From Candidatus Heimdallarchaeota archaeon B3_Heim (lineage in GTDB: Archaea; Asgardarchaeota; Heimdallarchaeia; Hodarchaeales; Hodarchaeaceae): 64,000 nucleotides of DNA. Under the pieces are notes generated by a model that saw only the letters and a program-made list of their open reading frames with translations, was not told where the DNA came from and ran no database searches. Below are positions 58,854 through 64,000 of the stretch, piece by piece (within the stretch, counting starts at the first letter, position 1; each line of letters begins with the position of its first letter). The stretch is taken from the NCBI GenBank assembly GCA_003144275.1, contig NJBF01000021.1, positions 2,556 through 66,555 on the forward strand. The letters run 5' to 3'. A program made the position numbers and the translations under genes.

Positions 58854-59468
58854 ATGTTTGAAATTGTAGTGGAATTACTAGGGATTATTGTTCTGGTAGC
58901 TGGACTAATTGGCGTTGCGTACGGACTCAATAAATTTACGAAGTCGAAAGGACATGAATCTGGTTTCTTAAAGTTTTTAGCTTTAGCTACTTCGATTGTG
59001 ATTGGAATTGTAAACATACTAGCTATTTATGAGGGTTTCATTGTTCACGTTGGTCCAGATGAAATTGTAAATTGGTTAACAGTGGTACTGATTTTCTTAG
59101 CAGGAATGTCGATGCTAGCTGACCCTCTAAAAGAAACTCCATTAGCAGCTATAATCTCTATGATAACTTTAGGCGCATTAGCAGGACTTCTGTTACTGTT
59201 TGCCGAAATAGAAGAAGGAGGATCAACTGATATTAACCTTTTTGATATAATAACTCTTCCTATGTGGTTGGTTATACTAGGCATTGTTGTGATCGTTGGA
59301 ATCGTATTCGTTGCGAGTTTCTTCACAGAATTTACAGTAGATAGAATTTTACAACTTATTAGTTGGAGTCCTATTATTATTGTATTTAGCGCTCTTCTCC
59401 TTATTCAGGGATTATTAATGCTTGTCTTAGAAGAACCTGCAGGTATTTGGCATATTCTCAACCCATAA
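58854..59468 (+). CDS. Hypothetical membrane protein (five or six transmembrane helices)
   Basis: At 204 aa, almost entirely hydrophobic. Confidence 0.45.
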   Translation: MFEIVVELLGIIVLVAGLIGVAYGLNKFTKSKGHESGFLKFLALATSIVIGIVNILAIYEGFIVHVGPDEIVNWLTVVLIFLAGMSMLADPLKETPLAAIISMITLGALAGLLLLFAEIEEGGSTDINLFDIITLPMWLVILGIVVIVGIVFVASFFTEFTVDRILQLISWSPIIIVFSALLLIQGLLMLVLEEPAGIWHILNP

Positions 59469-59509
59469 AAAAGACTATTAAGCGGATTACCTCCGCTCTT
59501 TCTTTTTTT

Positions 59510-60055
59510 TTAAGTTTCAATTTTAGCTTTTGTTATGATATCTCGAGCTAATGTAATGAAAGCGTCTTCAATTGCCTCTCCTGTTTTGGCAGATGTTTCT
59601 ATGAAGCCCGCGTTCAAAGATTTTGATTTGACAAATCCTTGAATAGTCTTTAAACTGCTGGGAATTTCCTCTCGTAAATCAATCTTATTTCCAACAAGTA
59701 CAACAGGGAGATCATCATAAGTTTCTGCTCGCTCTCTGACTTCTTGTACCCACGAGTCGAGAGATTCCAAGGATTTAGGCTGGGTTACATCATAAATGGC
59801 AAGAGCGCCCATTGCACCCTTATAGTATGATTTCATGACATTTCTAAAGGCAGGTTGTCCAGCTAAATCCCAAATTTGCCATTCTATATTAATTCCGTCA
59901 ATTTTTGTCTTCAAAAAAGCGAAATCAGCTCCCATTGTGGCAAGAAAATCAGCTCGAAACCCTTCCCCCATGTATCGACGCCGAATCGATGTTTTACCCA
60001 CCGCACCGTCCCCCAAAAGGATTACTTTGAATAATAACGTTGGCATCGTAAACAT
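59510..60055 (-). CDS. Ras/Rab-like small GTPase
   Basis: G1 GDGAVGKTS, switch II/G3 WDLAGQ, G4 GNKIDL, G5 ETSAK. 181 aa. No C-terminal Cys prenylation motif. Confidence 0.8.
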   Translation of the reverse strand: MFTMPTLLFKVILLGDGAVGKTSIRRRYMGEGFRADFLATMGADFAFLKTKIDGINIEWQIWDLAGQPAFRNVMKSYYKGAMGALAIYDVTQPKSLESLDSWVQEVRERAETYDDLPVVLVGNKIDLREEIPSSLKTIQGFVKSKSLNAGFIETSAKTGEAIEDAFITLARDIITKAKIET

Positions 60056-60123
60056 TGTCGCCTCACCTTTTGATTTTTTAAGCTCTTTCGAATGAAGAAT
60101 TTTGATCCTCTTGAGTTGGTAGC

Positions 60124-60711
60124 ATGAAATCTGAGGCTAATCTAAACACGAAATTATTAGTATTTGTAGTTGGAACCTCTGGAAGTGGGAAAGATAGCGT
60201 GATGCAAGAAACAGTCTCTTATTTAGCCTCTCATAACATACCTGCCTCTACATTGAGGCGAATCATCACTAGATCTCCAGATAAGAATGAAGAATCAACA
60301 TTTATGACAACAGAAGATTTTTTGAAGCTTATGAAGAATAATGAGTTTGCTCTTTCATGGCATATTTATGATAATTGGTACGGGTGTGGATGGACTCCTA
60401 TAAAGGATGCAGTAACTCGAAATGAACTTCTCTTAATCAATGTATCAAGAAGTATTCTATTCAAGGCGCGGGAAGTATTTCCTGAGTGTTTGATTGTACA
60501 TGTGACGGTACCAAAAGAAATTGCAGAATCTCGAATCAAGAAAAGAGGAAGAGAAGATGGGAGAGGATTAACAACTAGATTAAATAGAATGAAAAGTAAT
60601 GTTGAAATGCCGACTCCAAATAAAACTGTTGAAAACACAGGAGATCTTCATAAAACTGCAGAAGAGCTCGGAAAATATTTAAAAGAACATTATCTAGCAG
60701 TTAGAGGTTGA
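60124..60711 (+). CDS. P-loop kinase of the PhnN / guanylate-kinase-like family (ribose-1,5-bisphosphokinase-like)
   Basis: LVFVVGTSGSGKDSVM P-loop at the N-terminus, about 195 aa, with a PhnN-like overall layout. Confidence 0.5.
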   Translation: MKSEANLNTKLLVFVVGTSGSGKDSVMQETVSYLASHNIPASTLRRIITRSPDKNEESTFMTTEDFLKLMKNNEFALSWHIYDNWYGCGWTPIKDAVTRNELLLINVSRSILFKAREVFPECLIVHVTVPKEIAESRIKKRGREDGRGLTTRLNRMKSNVEMPTPNKTVENTGDLHKTAEELGKYLKEHYLAVRG

Positions 60712-60864
60712 AAAACCATGGGTGTAATCCTACAAAAATTAAAAGACTACTCGGAAACAAAAATTCTAGCTCTAATTACTATAATCTCAATTGTATTGAC
60801 TGTAATCTTTTTTCTGTTGATGTGACCAATAGAATCAGAATTAACGGCACAAACTTTATTCGGT

Positions 60865-61275
60865 GTGATCGATCTAGAATTTGCATGGAATGCAGAGCAA
60901 ATAGATAATATTTTCACGTCTTGGGGAGATGATTTAATTGCAAAAGAAATTAATGCTGTTATCCTCGATTTTGGATTCCTCTTGGTCTATTCGCTTTCTC
61001 TTGCAGGCATAACGTTAATTTTAACGAAATCTGGAGTTTTTAAATCTTGGACAAAATTCGGCTATTATTTTACGTTAATTCCATTTTTCGCAGCAGGGTT
61101 CGATGCAGTTGAAAATATTAACTTGCTCTTAATGCTGAGTTCCCCCTCTTCCTTCCCTAGCTTTGCACCTTTGGTAGCTTCGATATGTGCAACCATTAAA
61201 TTCGGATTGATAATTGCTACAATATTATTTTGGGTAATAGGACTCGTCTATTCAGTAATAAAACGAATTCTTTAG
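60865..61275 (+). CDS. Hypothetical small membrane protein
   Basis: At 136 aa with four hydrophobic helices. GTG start. Confidence 0.4.
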   Translation: MIDLEFAWNAEQIDNIFTSWGDDLIAKEINAVILDFGFLLVYSLSLAGITLILTKSGVFKSWTKFGYYFTLIPFFAAGFDAVENINLLLMLSSPSSFPSFAPLVASICATIKFGLIIATILFWVIGLVYSVIKRIL

Positions 61276-61318
61276 GATTAAAAAGTTTAATATTTCCTTT
61301 GATGTAAGGTAGAAGCCA

Positions 61319-61768
61319 TCACTCTGAATCCACAAACTTTGATAGTATATACCAAGTCTTCTGAAATACATCATTTTCTAGAGTTGCTTCGACACCATAG
61401 CCATTCTTTTGGTAAAAGTCAACGTTTTGATGAATTGTGCTAAGTCGAATTTTATGCCATTTGTGTTTATGAGCTAGCTTTTCTAAACGCTGTAATAAGA
61501 GACTCCCAATACCGTGAGATCCTCTGTATTCTTCTTTTACGAGCAGCTGAGAAATCCGAAGGGTATTTCCCATTATAAAACACCTAGCTGCAGCTAGTAA
61601 TTGTGGAGGAGAAGAATCACTGTACACGGTGGCGGTTAGTGGCTTATTAATTTCCTCTGAGATATCGCGACCGAAGTGGATAAGATTAGCAGAGAGCCAT
61701 TCCTCCTTAAAAAAGGATTTGATATCATCATTAGCATCTTCGAAAGCAATTTCAATACTATATTTCAT
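61319..61768 (-). CDS. GNAT family N-acetyltransferase
   Basis: Motif A region VKEEYRGSHGIGSLLLQRLEKLA. 149 aa. Confidence 0.65.
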   Translation of the reverse strand: MKYSIEIAFEDANDDIKSFFKEEWLSANLIHFGRDISEEINKPLTATVYSDSSPPQLLAAARCFIMGNTLRISQLLVKEEYRGSHGIGSLLLQRLEKLAHKHKWHKIRLSTIHQNVDFYQKNGYGVEATLENDVFQKTWYILSKFVDSE

Positions 61769-61901
61769 TTAAACACTCTGAAAATATACATCTGTTGTGG
61801 TATAAGGGATTTGTGTTTATAAATAAACGAAATCAGTCCCAAATACTTACCCCAAGGTATTTACCATACTTTGAATTCGTAATTACTGGTGTTTCAAAGA
61901 G

Positions 61902-62393
61902 ATGCAACTGCCTACTCATGTACTAGCTGGAATTTTCATCCAGTATCTTGTCAACAGTTTCATTCCAACCCCAGCATGGTTGGCAATCATCTTAATTCTA
62001 ATATTTAGTATTATATCTCACTTCTTTATCGATGCAATGGCGAAAATTACATATCATCCTCCTACCCGTGAACCTGGAAAATTCTGGTTGTATTGGCATA
62101 GCTTTGTGTATGGTTTTGGTATATTCTTGATTCTCCTTTATTTCCAGATATACTGGATTGGAATACTCGCAGCTAATGCTGTTGACATTTGGGATTGGTG
62201 CTTTCTTAGAAATTATGCAACTCGTACATCTCAACCTGATTGGGGGAAAAAATATTACATTCATCCAATTGCAAATAAAATTCGAACAATGCTTTTTTCT
62301 CGCTTACCAAATTTCAACCACACAAAATCTGGTATTTTACCCGAGCTCCTTTTGTATATTGGATGGTTGATTCTCTATATTGCTACTTTGTGA
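61902..62393 (+). CDS. Hypothetical membrane protein
   Basis: At 163 aa with four hydrophobic helices. Confidence 0.4.
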   Translation: MQLPTHVLAGIFIQYLVNSFIPTPAWLAIILILIFSIISHFFIDAMAKITYHPPTREPGKFWLYWHSFVYGFGIFLILLYFQIYWIGILAANAVDIWDWCFLRNYATRTSQPDWGKKYYIHPIANKIRTMLFSRLPNFNHTKSGILPELLLYIGWLILYIATL

Positions 62394-62405
62394 AAGAATT
62401 AGCTT

Positions 62406-63665
62406 CTAATAAAAGCGATTATGTTCCACGCTTGTTTGAGAAATAATCTTACCATTTTTTATCGTAGTTCTCGCAGGTGGAGTTGTACGTATTGCTTCAT
62501 GCACATTCTTTACTCCGTGTAAAACCACTAGATCTGCGGGAGCTCCTTTTGTCAATTGATGCTCAACATCCATAGTTTTTGCTGCGTTTTTCGTTATGGT
62601 GTCGTATAATACATCAATTTCGGATATGGTAGTCATTTTTGCCGCATGACCCAACAAATTTGCCACTTCAAGCATGTCTCCGTTACCAAAGGGATAATAG
62701 GGATCATGTACACAATCTTGACCAACAGTAACATTTACTCCTGCACTCAGTAATTCTTTTACTCGTGTGATGCCTACTCTCTGCGCTCCTGTATCTAATC
62801 GTCCTTGAAGAACCATATTAGTCGGGGGGTTCGTTACGACATTAATTCTTGCTTTTTTCACTAATTCTATTACACGAGCAGCATGATAATTATCATAAGA
62901 GGATAACGCACAAATGTGATCAACAGTGATTTTGCCTTGATAATTCTCATCGATAGCTCTAGCGGCTAGATATTGAAGAGTACGAGAATTAGGGTCATCT
63001 GTTTCATCGGTATGGGAATCTATGGAAACATCGTACTTTTTAGCTAACGAAAGCAAAATATTGACATGTTTTTTAGAATGTTCCTCTGTAAATTCATTAT
63101 GTGGCATTCCACCCAAAACCATATCCATCCCTCCTAGCTCTAGTGCCTTTTCTAACATTTCTTCCGTCCCTTCATCCTTTAATATTCCTTCTTGTGGGAA
63201 AGCAACTATTTGAAGATCAATAATATCTTTAAAAGCTTCTTTAGTAGCTAACAACCCTTTTAACGGCATAAGTCCTCCAATAGAGTCGATATCAACATGG
63301 GTTCGGATGTGAGTTACACCAAATTTAATTTGATTATGGATAACCTCTGAAGCCCGTTTTTTGATATTTTCAACAGTATATTTACGTTTTACTTCCCATG
63401 TCTTTTGAATAGCTTCCCACAGGGTACCGGATTGATTCGGTTCAATAATGTCACCAATAAGAACTTTATCAAGGTGAATATGTGGGGAAATTAAACTTTC
63501 TGTTACTAAAGATTGTTCTGCATCAAGAACTTGATCATAATCAGTATCCTTAATCTTAATGTCCGCCTTGTTAATTTCTGTTATGATTCCTTGATTAATG
63601 ACAATGCTGACTAATTTTCCTTCCCTTGTAAGAGCATTCTTGATAACAAAACTCATTTCATTCAT
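62406..63665 (-). CDS. codA: Cytosine deaminase (amidohydrolase superfamily, CodA-like)
   Basis: Extensive colinear similarity to CodA as I recall it: SPHIHLDK, GTLWEAIQKTWE, THIRTHVDI, DLQIVAFPQEGIL (identical block), DSHTDETDD, GITRVKELL, DPYYPFGNGDML. Confidence 0.8.
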   Translation of the reverse strand: MNEMSFVIKNALTREGKLVSIVINQGIITEINKADIKIKDTDYDQVLDAEQSLVTESLISPHIHLDKVLIGDIIEPNQSGTLWEAIQKTWEVKRKYTVENIKKRASEVIHNQIKFGVTHIRTHVDIDSIGGLMPLKGLLATKEAFKDIIDLQIVAFPQEGILKDEGTEEMLEKALELGGMDMVLGGMPHNEFTEEHSKKHVNILLSLAKKYDVSIDSHTDETDDPNSRTLQYLAARAIDENYQGKITVDHICALSSYDNYHAARVIELVKKARINVVTNPPTNMVLQGRLDTGAQRVGITRVKELLSAGVNVTVGQDCVHDPYYPFGNGDMLEVANLLGHAAKMTTISEIDVLYDTITKNAAKTMDVEHQLTKGAPADLVVLHGVKNVHEAIRTTPPARTTIKNGKIISQTSVEHNRFY

Positions 63666-63706
63666 CCTTTCTTGATCATTGGGTTTGGGAATACCTAAGA
63701 TTGGAG

Positions 63707-64000
63707 TTATTCGATTTTTTCATATTCTTTTTCATCAATAATCTGCTTCAAATGCTGTGCAACTAACCAAATCTCATGATATTGATTATATAATGCTATA
63801 GGCGCCATTCTTATTACATTAGGTGGCCGAAAATCACTAATGACATTGTGATAAATTCTTAAACATTCATTAATGCGTCTTGCTTCAGTGTCATGCTCAA
63901 TAGCTATATGTCCTGACCGCTTTGCTGGGTTTCGTGGAGTGCCAATTCTAAAATTATAGGGATCTTTTGTAAGAAGGTTGTCAACAAGATATATAAGATA
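63707..64000 (-). CDS. Kynureninase-like PLP enzyme (aminotransferase class V fold), 3' end only. The gene continues beyond the window.
   Basis: Translating the minus strand from the window edge gives ...GTPRNPAKRSGHIAIEHDTEARRINECLRIYHNVISDFRPPNVIRMAPIALYNQYHEIWLVAQHLKQIIDEKEYEKIE-stop. This resembles the kynureninase C-terminus (R.P..IR.AP.PLYN). The ORF is not in the supplied track because it runs off the edge. Confidence 0.5.
   Translation of the reverse strand, partial: YLIYLVDNLLTKDPYNFRIGTPRNPAKRSGHIAIEHDTEARRINECLRIYHNVISDFRPPNVIRMAPIALYNQYHEIWLVAQHLKQIIDEKEYEKIE

Noticed and set aside
60708-60908. 66-aa Cys-rich ORF (C-x-C and CxxC-like pairs) overlapping the kinase stop by 4 nt and the start of the 60865 membrane gene.
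   Set aside because: It could be a tiny zinc-finger protein. But it overlaps the GTG start of the next gene, and its composition (N/S/R-rich) is weak. I am not confident enough to call it.
1-64000. Looked for CRISPR arrays, tRNA/rRNA genes, integrases, transposases and phage structural genes.
   Set aside because: I saw no regularly spaced direct repeats, no tRNA-like T-loop signatures (GTTCRANYC in cloverleaf context) in any intergenic region, and no recombinase, transposase or capsid-like proteins among the translations. The window looks like stable chromosome rather than a mobile island.

Overview
This is a low-GC stretch (I estimate about one-third GC by eye) that looks like ordinary archaeal chromosome, not an obvious mobile element or defense island. 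Both strands are densely coded, with roughly 60 protein genes. I found no tRNA, rRNA or CRISPR array, and no integrase or transposase.

The proteins point to an Asgard-type (Lokiarchaeia-like) archaeon:
- A Ras/Rab-like small GTPase and a Roadblock/LC7 protein.
- An archaeal-type prolyl-tRNA synthetase with a eukaryote-like lysine-rich N-terminal extension.
- The NucS endonuclease and a tungsten-type aldehyde:ferredoxin oxidoreductase.
- Exported proteins held by a C-terminal transmembrane helix followed by a basic tail.

Recognisable content:
- Central metabolism: a CitF-like citrate lyase alpha subunit immediately upstream of aconitase, a bacterial/eukaryotic-length triosephosphate isomerase, an isocitrate/isopropylmalate dehydrogenase, a CaiB-family CoA transferase, AOR, cytosine deaminase, and a kynureninase-like fragment at the window end.
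- Transport: a metal transport trio (NicO/RcnA-like, ZIP, RCK-domain membrane protein), two ABC-2/MacB-type exporters, and an Opp/Dpp-type peptide ABC importer operon carrying two extra exported proteins.
- Other housekeeping: a sirtuin, NUDIX, dodecin and hydrolases.

The most unusual candidates for something undescribed:
- A translationally coupled pair at 41.3-43.8 kb: a class-II (bacterial/eukaryotic-type) CCA/polyA-polymerase-family nucleotidyltransferase and a SplB-like radical SAM enzyme.
- A tandem pair of 129-aa paralogs with a conserved four-cysteine motif (19.9-20.7 kb).
- A vWA protein co-transcribed with a WD40 / thrombospondin-type-3 / transmembrane / multi-zinc-ribbon receptor-like protein (23.3-27.5 kb).
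- An 800-aa gamma-class N6-adenine methyltransferase fused onto the end of the AOR gene and followed by two unknown genes (55.6-59.5 kb).

All calls come from reading motifs in the supplied translations. I ran no database searches.
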